Shown here one piece after another: positions 9,796-18,429 of a stretch of DNA of 64,000 nucleotides. The translations under genes were made by a program, and so were the position numbers. The stretch's first letter is position 1. The number at the start of each line of letters is the position of its first letter. Location: contig CAXXJJ010000001.1 of the NCBI GenBank assembly GCA_963667015.2, positions 544,001-608,000 on the forward strand, given 5' to 3'. This DNA is from Desulfatiglandales bacterium (GTDB lineage: Bacteria > Desulfobacterota > DSM-4660 > Desulfatiglandales > HGW-15). Under the pieces are notes generated by a model. That model was not told the DNA's origin. It was given only the letters and a program-made list of their open reading frames with translations, and did no database searches.

Positions 9796-10002
9796 AAAAC
9801 GAGAGTCTTTTCAGCTTGGCTGTCTCAGCCGCGCTGAGCTCATAACGCTTTAAGCTTTTCATCTTTTTCTTTAACCGTCTTAAGCATACAGTCTTCAGTC
9901 TGTTTTACTCCGAACCCTACTTTTTATCTGTCATTCTGCGGCTTGACCGGAGAATCCAGCTTTCCCTCTTTGCACTTTACTGATTTCTGATTTCTAGTTT
10001 TT

Positions 10003-10435
10003 CATTGTTTTCCCTAACAGTCTACAGCCTAAACCGCTTCAGCCTATATTTCTTTCCCCTTGACTAAACCCAATCCCGGGAGTAAACAAATAAGGATAAT
10101 AAAGACTTACCACGGTATACTCGCGAAAGCGTTTCATAATAATTGTATATATTTTCCTAACAGCCTTTAGCCTTTACCCTGTTAAATCCGCAAAGCGGGT
10201 TGCGAAGCAACATTTAACAGGGTGAAAAGCTTCAGCCTGTTTATAATCTCCTGGACCTGACACCGTCGAAAGTTTGTAAGGCTTACCAATGCATATCCAA
10301 AGCGCTGCCAGTTCCAGCACTTAAAAGAATTTGCTGGAAAAAACAATGATTTGAATAAAAAAAATATATAACCTCCACTTGTTCAAATAGAGATGGGGGG
10401 TGTGTTTTATATGTCCAATTTCAAGGGCAGACTCC
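10003..10435 (+). repeat. Composite non-coding unit, copy B
   Basis: Blocks at ~10054-10112 and ~10247-10400 match ~6901-6959 and ~7081-7232. Confidence 0.85.
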
Positions 10436-10482
10436 GCTATTTTTTTAGACGTTACAATTTTATTTAATAAGGAGAAATCATA

Positions 10483-11418
10483 ATGACAATAAAATTACCA
10501 GACAAAGGTTTTGTATTCTGGCCTGTTGGAACTGGGGATAGCTCCACGATAGTAGTCAAAAAGGATGAGATTGTATTGCAAATTGACCTCCATCATTTAT
10601 CAAAATCAGATAACGATAACGATCCTCATTGCGCAATTGTGGACGAGTTGGTTGATTGCCTACCTAAAAAGGATGGGAAGCCGTTTTTATCTGTATTTGC
10701 ACTGACCCATCCCGATGAGGACCATATCAAAGGATTCAAAGATCTTTTAGATAAAGTGACCATTGGTGAAATATGGCAGACACCTAGAATATTCCGGGAG
10801 TACAAAAAAGACCTTTGTGATGATGCGATCACATTTAAGAATGAGGTTACTAGACGACGGGACAAAACTATAAAAGATAAAGGGAATGTGGGACTTGGTG
10901 ATATGATACGTGTAATTGGCCATGATTTGATCTTTGAATCTGGTAATTACAAGGATTTCCCTGATTATTGGAGGACCTATCCAGGTAACACCATCATCGA
11001 AATTAATCATGAATCGGTCGAAGATGATTTTGCAGCATTTGTACATGCGCCCTTCAAGGACGATAGCGCTTCGGAAAGAAACGATACCAGTCTTGCCCTA
11101 CAAATTGAGGTTAAAGATGGAGATGGAGTCGGGAAAGCTCTTTTCTTTGGCGACAGAGCCTACCCAACCATCAAAAAGATATTCGATAAAACGAAGGAAA
11201 AGGATCGAACTGAATACCTTGAATGGAATGTAATGTTATCGTCTCATCATTGCTCAAAAAAAGTGATGTACTGGAAAGGCGAGGAAGACAAAGCCGAGAC
11301 ATTGAAACGAGATATATTAGATGATTTTGAGGAATATAGATTAGACGGAGCTTATATTATTGCCAGCAGTGAATCTGATTTCTCCGATGAAGAGGGAAAA
11401 AACCCACCTCACTTGTAA
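10483..11418 (+). CDS. ComEC/Rec2-like metallo-beta-lactamase-fold hydrolase, probably 3'-truncated
   Basis: VGTGDS, THPDEDH (HxDxDH), NDTS, FFGD, SHHCS; ends abruptly at NPPHL* against a repeat motif. Confidence 0.7.
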   Translation: MTIKLPDKGFVFWPVGTGDSSTIVVKKDEIVLQIDLHHLSKSDNDNDPHCAIVDELVDCLPKKDGKPFLSVFALTHPDEDHIKGFKDLLDKVTIGEIWQTPRIFREYKKDLCDDAITFKNEVTRRRDKTIKDKGNVGLGDMIRVIGHDLIFESGNYKDFPDYWRTYPGNTIIEINHESVEDDFAAFVHAPFKDDSASERNDTSLALQIEVKDGDGVGKALFFGDRAYPTIKKIFDKTKEKDRTEYLEWNVMLSSHHCSKKVMYWKGEEDKAETLKRDILDDFEEYRLDGAYIIASSESDFSDEEGKNPPHL

Positions 11419-12008
11419 AAAAGCAAGGGTGTCATAAAAAGCAAAAGTGTCAGGTCTTTACTTTTGACAGACCATAATATTCGCAAGCAATGAAAACTAG
11501 GGGACGCAACTCAAAATATCAAAACTCAATTGAATTGATAAATTGAAGAACGTTAATTCTTACACAGGTTAAACCAATCATTATACGAGAGGACTATATG
11601 AAAAAAAGCATATCAATTACCATACTGTTTTTCTTTATATTAATTTCGAATAGCTTCGCGACAAATGATGATTTTAAACCTGTTTCGAATACCGGAATTT
11701 ATTTATACGCTGATATGAATAATGCAGATGCTGCAACCTGGGTAGTATATGCTTATAGTCTTATTAAGTGGGATAAAGAACATCCGGAAAAGCGATGTAA
11801 TTTTGAAAAAGAATTTTATGCACGCAATCAAGCTATGACATTTGTTAAAGAATATTGTGTATTCCCCGGAATCCGGTTAACTACTCCACAGGAATCAGGA
11901 TAATGATTCCATATTAAAACGGATGGCTATTCCACGGCAAAGCGGATAGCGCAGCTAAAAAAAATAACAAAAAGATAAAACGTAAGACGCCAACGTCAAC
12001 AAATTTAC

Positions 12009-12758
12009 CTAATTTTCAGATTTAGTCAATGTAGACTTTTTCTTTCTCATGGTATTTCCTTTTAATTCTATTTTATAAGCGGAATGAACCAACCTGTCTA
12101 GAATGGCATCAGCGAGAGTAGGATCACCTATCAAGTCATGCCATGTATCAACAGGGAACTGGCTCGTGATCATGGTGGAAGATATGGAGTTTCTGTCTTC
12201 CAGTATTTCCAGTAAATCACGTCTGCTTTCATCGGTCATTTTAGCAAGACCCCAGTCATCAAAAAGCAGAAGATTTGTTTTTGCAAAGTCTCTCATAATT
12301 TTTCCATATCTACCATCTCCCTTTGCAATAAGTAGTTCATGGAAGATCCTGGGTGTCCGGATATATTGCACAGTGTAACCTTCTCTGCATGCCTTTTGGG
12401 CGAGCGCACAGGCGATATAGGTTTTGCCTGTTCCGGTAGGTCCTGTGATAATGAGATTATTGGCGCTTTTTATCCAGTCACAGGAAAAGAGTTTTGCCAT
12501 CAAGGATTTATCCAGGCCCCTTGGGTGCTTAAAGTCAATATCCTCTACGCAGGCATTCTGTCTCAGTTTTGCTTTTTTAAGCCGTGTTTTGAGTCTTCGG
12601 TTTTCCCTGTATGTGGCTTCTCTATCTACAATAAGCCCCAGACGCTCTTCAAAGGAAAGGGATTCAATATCCGTCATTTGCATCTGTTCCTGAAGTGTGA
12701 GAGCCATACCATTTAGTCTTAAAGATTTGAGTTGATCAATAATCGGATGAATCAGCAT
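12009..12758 (-). CDS. istB: IS21 helper ATPase IstB
   Basis: Walker A GPTGTGKT, LLLFDDWG, ITSQ, ADAILDRLVH; overlaps the istA end. Confidence 0.95.
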   Translation of the reverse strand: MLIHPIIDQLKSLRLNGMALTLQEQMQMTDIESLSFEERLGLIVDREATYRENRRLKTRLKKAKLRQNACVEDIDFKHPRGLDKSLMAKLFSCDWIKSANNLIITGPTGTGKTYIACALAQKACREGYTVQYIRTPRIFHELLIAKGDGRYGKIMRDFAKTNLLLFDDWGLAKMTDESRRDLLEILEDRNSISSTMITSQFPVDTWHDLIGDPTLADAILDRLVHSAYKIELKGNTMRKKKSTLTKSEN

Positions 12759-14316
12759 AAGTATTTTCTCCTTCTTTAGTTTGATAATATTTAGGACCTC
12801 TGATATTAGAATGAGTTATAAAAGAGGTCTGTTGCGGGCCTTCTTTTTGAGGGGGCAGCCTGTCAAGGCCCTTCTCAAGGATGGCGCGGATGCTTTTATA
12901 CGAGGGGCTTCCAATCGCCAGAGCTCTTGAACAGGCGGCCTCCAATCTTTCCTGTGTGTAATCTTTGCCAAGACTTATTATCCCAAGGCAGGACCTGAAA
13001 CCCTGTTGAGGATGCATCCTGCTTCCCATAATAACCTCTACTGTCCTGGCAGTGGATTTACCTGTTTTAGCTGCCCAGTCGATAATCCTCTGGGGTGTCC
13101 ATTCAGCATGTTTTTTGTGAGCCTCAGGCATATGTTCAGGAAGTGTGGTAAATCTTATTGCGGGATCATGCTTGTGGCTGGCTACGCGTTTTCCCTTGTA
13201 AAGTACCTCAATAATATTTTGCGTGATCCTGGCATCCATTTTTCTTCCAGCAAGCTGATACGGGACAGAGTAATAATATCCCTTAACCTCAATGTGGTAA
13301 TCAGGGCCAGGCCTTACTATTTTCCATTCTGCGTAGGTATATGGTTCAAGAGGTAATGGCTTTAAGGCCGGTTTGTCCAGTTCCTCAAAGGTTGACTGCC
13401 TTGTCCCGGGAAGTTTCTGAAAAGGTCTGGTGTTTAAATCCTTAAGCAGATTTTTTATTGTTGAGTTGAGATCATACAGACTGAAGAATTTAATATTGCG
13501 CAGCCTCGCCAGTATCCACTGTTCAACTATCTTTACCCCTGTTTCCACCTTGGACTTGTCCTTTGGTTTTCTAACTCTGGCAGGTATAACAGCACACCTG
13601 TAATGTGATGCCATTGCGTGATACGTAGGATTAATATCAGGCTCATATCTACAGGATTTATCAACTCCTGATTTGAGATTGTCAGGGACTATTATCTCAG
13701 GAACTCCACCCAGAAACTTAAATGCTCTGACATGAGATGATATCCAGTCGGGAAGAGATTGGCTCCAGGTTGCTTCAGCGTATGTGTAATTACTGGCTCC
13801 CATGGTTGCAACAAATATCTGGGCGTCTTTTATCTCTCCGGTATTTTTGTCAATAATAGGTACTGTTTGACCTGCATAATCAACAAAAAGCTTCTCTCCA
13901 GCCCTGTGATTGAATCGCATTGTAACATCTATTTTTCCGGACCACTCTTTGTAGTTCCGGCAGAACCAGCTGTACTCATATCCATCAGGGTATGTTTCCT
14001 TATATTCCTGCCATAAAAGAAAAAGCGTTACGCTCTTTTTCTTGAGTTCTTTATGTATATAGCTCCAGTCAGGTATAGGCTTTTGTGGATCTTTGTTCTC
14101 AGGCTGTTTATATAGTAACTGTTCCAGTTGGTTATCATCCATCTCATCCGGCAAGGGCCATTTTAAACCCGCTTTTTTTGCCCGATTGATATACTCTCCA
14201 ACTGTGGTGTGACCAATATTACAGCTTCGACCTATTTCCTCATATGACAGGTCAGCTTCGTATTTTAAACGCAGAACTTCCTTTATCTTTCTCATTGTAA
14301 TCCTCTTTCTTGACAT
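12736..14316 (-). CDS. istA: IS21 transposase IstA (start probably the ATG at 14316)
   Basis: N-terminal HTH MRKIKEVLRL, DDE motifs FVDYAG / VPDNLKS / KDKSKVETGV; SD ggagga before MSRKR. Confidence 0.95.
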   Translation of the reverse strand: MSRKRITMRKIKEVLRLKYEADLSYEEIGRSCNIGHTTVGEYINRAKKAGLKWPLPDEMDDNQLEQLLYKQPENKDPQKPIPDWSYIHKELKKKSVTLFLLWQEYKETYPDGYEYSWFCRNYKEWSGKIDVTMRFNHRAGEKLFVDYAGQTVPIIDKNTGEIKDAQIFVATMGASNYTYAEATWSQSLPDWISSHVRAFKFLGGVPEIIVPDNLKSGVDKSCRYEPDINPTYHAMASHYRCAVIPARVRKPKDKSKVETGVKIVEQWILARLRNIKFFSLYDLNSTIKNLLKDLNTRPFQKLPGTRQSTFEELDKPALKPLPLEPYTYAEWKIVRPGPDYHIEVKGYYYSVPYQLAGRKMDARITQNIIEVLYKGKRVASHKHDPAIRFTTLPEHMPEAHKKHAEWTPQRIIDWAAKTGKSTARTVEVIMGSRMHPQQGFRSCLGIISLGKDYTQERLEAACSRALAIGSPSYKSIRAILEKGLDRLPPQKEGPQQTSFITHSNIRGPKYYQTKEGENTYADSSDY

Positions 14317-15598
14317 CTGTTCCTCCAAATTCTGTATTTGGGGCACAGATTATCATCTTTTTTCTGCGTCTTATTTTTGTTATTATTTGGCCGGGTTGAC
14401 CTGGGTAGCTTATCCGCTTTGGCGGAGAATCACCATCCGGATTACCGTGGAATCCTTATCCGGATAACTTTGGAATCGCCATCCGCTTTCCCGTGGAATC
14501 GGCATCCGGATTGGCGGGCATTATACAAAGAATATAGAGAAAGCGACACAAAAAAAGATGATATCGAGGACAAGCAAATAATTGCAATGGAACTTGCTTA
14601 TGATCAGAATTTGTTACGTGAATTTGTATGGCATTATTTTGACAATTCAAATTGCGAAAAACCAGATGAACTTAATTTAGAAATTTATAATAAATGGAAA
14701 GAAAAGAATCTTGCAGATTTCAAACCTGAACTTCGTGCATATTTCGAAGCTCCAAAGGTTACAAATCAACCTGCACCTGAAAAAGTCAAAAATGAACAGA
14801 TATCTGAAAAGTCAGCAAATCAATCTATTCCTGCCGATCTTGAAGAGAAATATGGGGAATTAGTCAAAGAGGGATATAATAAACTGATTTCCAGGCATGC
14901 AAAAGAATCTATTGATAAATATTTTAATCCTACGATTGAAGCCTTCAATTCCTACTATGGCTGCAAACAGGTATATTGCGCCCGTGTACGGGAAGAAATG
15001 TTATTTTACCTTCTTAAGTCTGCTGAAAAAAAAGAAGAAGCCGAAGTACTTCCTCAATTATGGGCTGATGCTTTTTATCTTAAAGGGTGTGCAAGTGTGG
15101 AATTGGGAAAAATTGAAGATGCTAAAACCTTTATTAAAAAAGCATTAGAGCTTTCCCCCTCAAATTCAATGTACTTGGCTGAGCTTGGACATATCTATCA
15201 GGGAGAGAAAAAACTGGTTGAAGCCATGGAACTTTTTAAAAGGGCTGAAGAATCAGCAAGTGCCTATTCGCCTGAAAACGTAAAAAACACGGAATTGACA
15301 AGAGCAATGCGTGGAGTTGGGTATAGTTTAATTGAGCTTGGAAGGTTAGATGAGGCTGAAGAGAAATATAAAAAATGTCTCGAAATTAATAAGGACGATA
15401 AAACAGCCTTAGGTGAACTTAGCTACATACAGAGACTGAAGAATAAAAACAATCATTAACATTTGCACCAATTTGAAAAACAATGGGGTCAAGAAAAACA
15501 ATGAAGCGGTACGCTGTTAAGTTTTAAAGTTGATATTAGAAGGAAAATAAAAGAACAGCGCGACATGGGACACACGAGGAACCGGGAATCTGAAAATA

Positions 15599-16159
15599 AT
15601 GAATGAGAATAAAGAAAAATCAGGTGTAATATATGATAAAAATGATTATGCCGGTTTAATAAAACGTATAATCATTGCTGTGGTTGATATTCTGATAATT
15701 TTAATAGTTATGAGTGCCGTTTTATATTTATCGGACTACATAATAAATGATGAAATAACTTATATTAAATTCAATTTCATTTTCTTTTTTATTTTTTCTA
15801 TTTGTTATTTAGGGCTACTAAAACGCTCAAAAATAAGGACCTTGGGCTACATTCTTACAGGCGTTAAAATAGTGGATCTCAGAGGAAACAAGCCCTCAGT
15901 ATTCAATATGGTATTTAGAACAATTTTATTACTCGTTGGACCATTTGAACTTATCTTCGATATTATTTGGCTTATGCACGAATCGACCAAACAAACACTG
16001 CGAGATAAATACGTTGGCACTTATGTAATAAATAAAAATGCAAATCCTGTTGGTTCAGGTCTCCTACAAAGTGTTACTCTTAATGTATTAGGATACAACC
16101 TGGTTTATAGAGAAGTAAAAGACGAATATTTTAAAACCGAAAAACACACAACGATTTAA
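15599..16159 (+). CDS. RDD family membrane protein
   Basis: YAGLIKRIIIAVVD, TLGYILTGVKIVDLRG, KQTLRDKYVGTYVI. Confidence 0.8.
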   Translation: MNENKEKSGVIYDKNDYAGLIKRIIIAVVDILIILIVMSAVLYLSDYIINDEITYIKFNFIFFFIFSICYLGLLKRSKIRTLGYILTGVKIVDLRGNKPSVFNMVFRTILLLVGPFELIFDIIWLMHESTKQTLRDKYVGTYVINKNANPVGSGLLQSVTLNVLGYNLVYREVKDEYFKTEKHTTI

Positions 16160-16211
16160 TAACCACGGATTTGGCGAAAAGCCTGCCAAACCAGTTATCA
16201 ACGCGCTGGAT
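16146..16211 (+). other. Degenerate integron attC-like site overlapping the RDD stop
   Basis: ACACAAC-5nt-AATAACCA ... central hairpin ttggc-gaaaagcct-gccaa ... AGTTATC-5nt-GCTGGAT (GTTRRRY with one mismatch). Confidence 0.45.
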
Positions 16212-16318
16212 AAAATGAAAGAACTACAATTTAAAATATTTACAAGAGGCTCTTCTGGGTTAAAAGCAACGGAGTCGCGTCTTGACATTTGACAGATCCT
16301 GTCCATGTAAAAACAGAA

Positions 16319-16379
16319 GGGTCAGGTCTGGACAATTGACAGAGTATTTTGTTTTTGTCCAATGTCCAGACCTGACCCC
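16319..16379. repeat. Inverted pair of the island-boundary motif (GGGTCAGGTCTGGACA...TGTCCAGACCTGACCCC)
   Basis: Clear IR; related single copies at 7245, 7289, 10412 (+) and 11447, 16271, 17679 (-). Confidence 0.85.
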
Positions 16380-16462
16380 TATATTTTTGTGATATTAATA
16401 ACAGCACAGGGTTAAACAAATACACTACCGGGTCGCAGCTCAATCTTTACAAATTGTAAAGA

Positions 16463-17653
16463 ATGATCTATGATGCCTCAATGATTACCAGAACAATATC
16501 AAAAAAACTACTGGAACTATCAACCCAGTATCCGGTTGTAGCCATTAATGGGCCAAGACAATCAGGAAAAACAACTCTTGTGAGGCATGTATTTCCAGAC
16601 ATGAAATACATGTCGCTTGAAGATCCCGATACCAGAGAGTTTGCAATCACCGACCCAAGGGGCTTTCTATCCATCTGTTCCGAAGGTGCAATACTTGATG
16701 AAGTTCAACGTTCACCGGATCTGTTTTCATACATCCAGACAATAGTAGACGAAAAAAAGGAAGAAGGGCTATTCATTCTTACAGGGTCTTTTAATTTTGG
16801 CTTAATGGAGGGTATTACTCAATCTCTTGCCGGCAGAACCGGATTGTTGACCCTGCTCCCTTTTTCATACCATGAATTGGAAACGGCTTCGATGGCTCCT
16901 TCTACCCTGGAAACGCTATTATACAAAGGATATTATCCACGTATTTATGATAAAAACTTACCGCCATCTGAATGGTATGCAAACTATTTAACAACATATC
17001 TTGAGCGGGATGTCAGAGCTCTAAAAAAAATACCGGACCTTGACCAGTTTCAAAAATTTATAAAAATGTGTGCGGGACGCTGTGGTCAGCTTTTGAATTT
17101 ATCATCACTGGGAAATGATTGCGGGATCACACATAATACAGCAAAGGCATGGTTGTCTGTGCTAAGAGCAAGCTATGTCATTTTTACGCTGCAGCCGCAT
17201 CATAAAAATTTTAACAAGCGTCTGGTTAAAAGCCCAAAATTGTATTTCAATGATACAGGTCTATTATGTTACCTTTTAGGAATCTCAAAAGCAGAAGATC
17301 TTAAAACACACTCTTTAAGAGGTTCAATCTTTGAGTCATGGGTAATTTCAGAATTGTTAAAAGGAAGATACAATCGTGGATTAAAGGAAAACCTTTATTT
17401 TTGGCGAGATAATACAGGTAATGAAGTGGATTGTATTATAGAGCAGGGAAACAGTCTGATCCCGTTAGAAATAAAATCAGGAGAAACAATATCAAAAGAC
17501 TTTTTTAAAGGTCTTAGCTACTGGTCAAAAATATCCGGGGCAAGTCAATCAGAAGCATACCTGATTTATGGTGGAGATTTGTCACAAAAAAGAAGCGATG
17601 GTGTTGTTGAGGGATGGAAATCATTTGCAGAAAAGCTTTCCTTGACAATCTGA
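16463..17653 (+). CDS. AAA+ ATPase (AAA_14 + DUF4143)
   Basis: GPRQSGKTT, ILDEVQ, LTGS, SLAGR, KRLVKSPKLYFNDTGL, FESWV, EVD....PLEIK. Confidence 0.9.
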   Translation: MIYDASMITRTISKKLLELSTQYPVVAINGPRQSGKTTLVRHVFPDMKYMSLEDPDTREFAITDPRGFLSICSEGAILDEVQRSPDLFSYIQTIVDEKKEEGLFILTGSFNFGLMEGITQSLAGRTGLLTLLPFSYHELETASMAPSTLETLLYKGYYPRIYDKNLPPSEWYANYLTTYLERDVRALKKIPDLDQFQKFIKMCAGRCGQLLNLSSLGNDCGITHNTAKAWLSVLRASYVIFTLQPHHKNFNKRLVKSPKLYFNDTGLLCYLLGISKAEDLKTHSLRGSIFESWVISELLKGRYNRGLKENLYFWRDNTGNEVDCIIEQGNSLIPLEIKSGETISKDFFKGLSYWSKISGASQSEAYLIYGGDLSQKRSDGVVEGWKSFAEKLSLTI

Positions 17654-17697
17654 TCATAGAACAGCACGGGAAAACAACGGGGTCGCGTCTTGACATT

Positions 17698-17766
17698 TAA
17701 AGCTTAAAGCGCTCTTCATTATTTCAGTTGACCTTAATGAATTACTGAAGAGCGCTTTAAGCTTTA
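17698..17766. terminator. 21-bp inverted repeat between convergent genes, probable bidirectional terminator
   Basis: taaagcttaaagcgctcttca ... tgaagagcgctttaagcttta. Confidence 0.6.
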
Positions 17767-17811
17767 TGATCCCTTTTTCTTTTTTTCATTTATTGTAATA
17801 CTTATCTTCTT

Positions 17812-18429
17812 TTATAACTTAATCAATTTTTCAACTAAGGTATCCACATCTGTATAAGGGTTAAGGTTATAGATTTTTTCACCATTCGCAATATCGACTT
17901 TCCAGTGTTTTCTTATCTTTTTAGCATTTTGAATAGCAACCGCAGTATTTGTCTTTAATTTATTATAATTGTCATCATTCTTTTCATAATTTTTTATATA
18001 CTTACTGGATAAATATTTTATTAAGTCATCTGATTTTTCATACGCTCGACTTGTGAATTCAAAGTGAAGCAAAAACCAATATTCGAATGAGATACTTGAG
18101 AAAATAATATTTATATTTTTCCCTTCAGCTAAATTGAAAGATTCTGGATGTTTTGTATATCCATCTTTATCAAATACAACCCAAACATCATCATATGGGT
18201 TATTTTCACTTTCGGCTATTTTTTTTAACTCTTCTGCCTCAATTACTAATTCCTTTGCAGTATTTTTCCCAGAATCATAAATTTCTACTCTTAATGCTGA
18301 CAACTTGCTTCTATTTCTTACATCACTTTTTAAGCCATTAAAATAGTATGGTTCAGTTTTCTTGCCTTCACATAATATTAAAATTCTATCTTTTACTTTT
18401 CTTCTATTAGTGTTTCTTTTCTTTGGCAT
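17812..18429 (-). CDS. RloB-family protein (AbiLii-like, TOPRIM-like)
   Basis: ILILCEGKKTEPYYF, VWVVFDKD, SSISFEYWFLLHFE, NPYTDV. Confidence 0.88.
   Translation of the reverse strand: MPKKRNTNRRKVKDRILILCEGKKTEPYYFNGLKSDVRNRSKLSALRVEIYDSGKNTAKELVIEAEELKKIAESENNPYDDVWVVFDKDGYTKHPESFNLAEGKNINIIFSSISFEYWFLLHFEFTSRAYEKSDDLIKYLSSKYIKNYEKNDDNYNKLKTNTAVAIQNAKKIRKHWKVDIANGEKIYNLNPYTDVDTLVEKLIKL

Larger units (their letters stand above)
11856..14527 (-). mobile_element. IS21-family insertion sequence, complete, with 8-bp target duplication AAGAATAT
   Basis: Ends TGTGTATTCCCCGGAATCCGG / CCGGATTGGCGGGCATTATACA (TG...CA), multiple subterminal atccg...ggaat repeats, TSD at 11848-11855 and 14528-14535; istA and istB inside. 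Confidence 0.95.
11598..15459 (+). pseudogene. Secreted TPR-repeat protein (393 aa reconstructed) split by IS21
   Basis: 11598-11855 (signal peptide ... MTFVKEY) joins in frame to 14536-15459 (RESDTKK ... TPR motifs AFYLKG..SVELGKIEDA, YLAELGHIY, AMRGVGYSLIELGRLDEA) once the IS and one AAGAATAT copy are removed. Confidence 0.9.

Noticed and set aside
11856..11903. 101-aa ORF 11598..11903 as an independent small protein
   Set aside because: Its last 15 codons are IS21 sequence; it is the 5' half of the split TPR gene.
14338..14535. N-terminus of the 373-aa ORF 14338..15459 as a real protein start
   Set aside because: It is read-through of the IS21 terminal repeats; the true N-terminus is at 11598.
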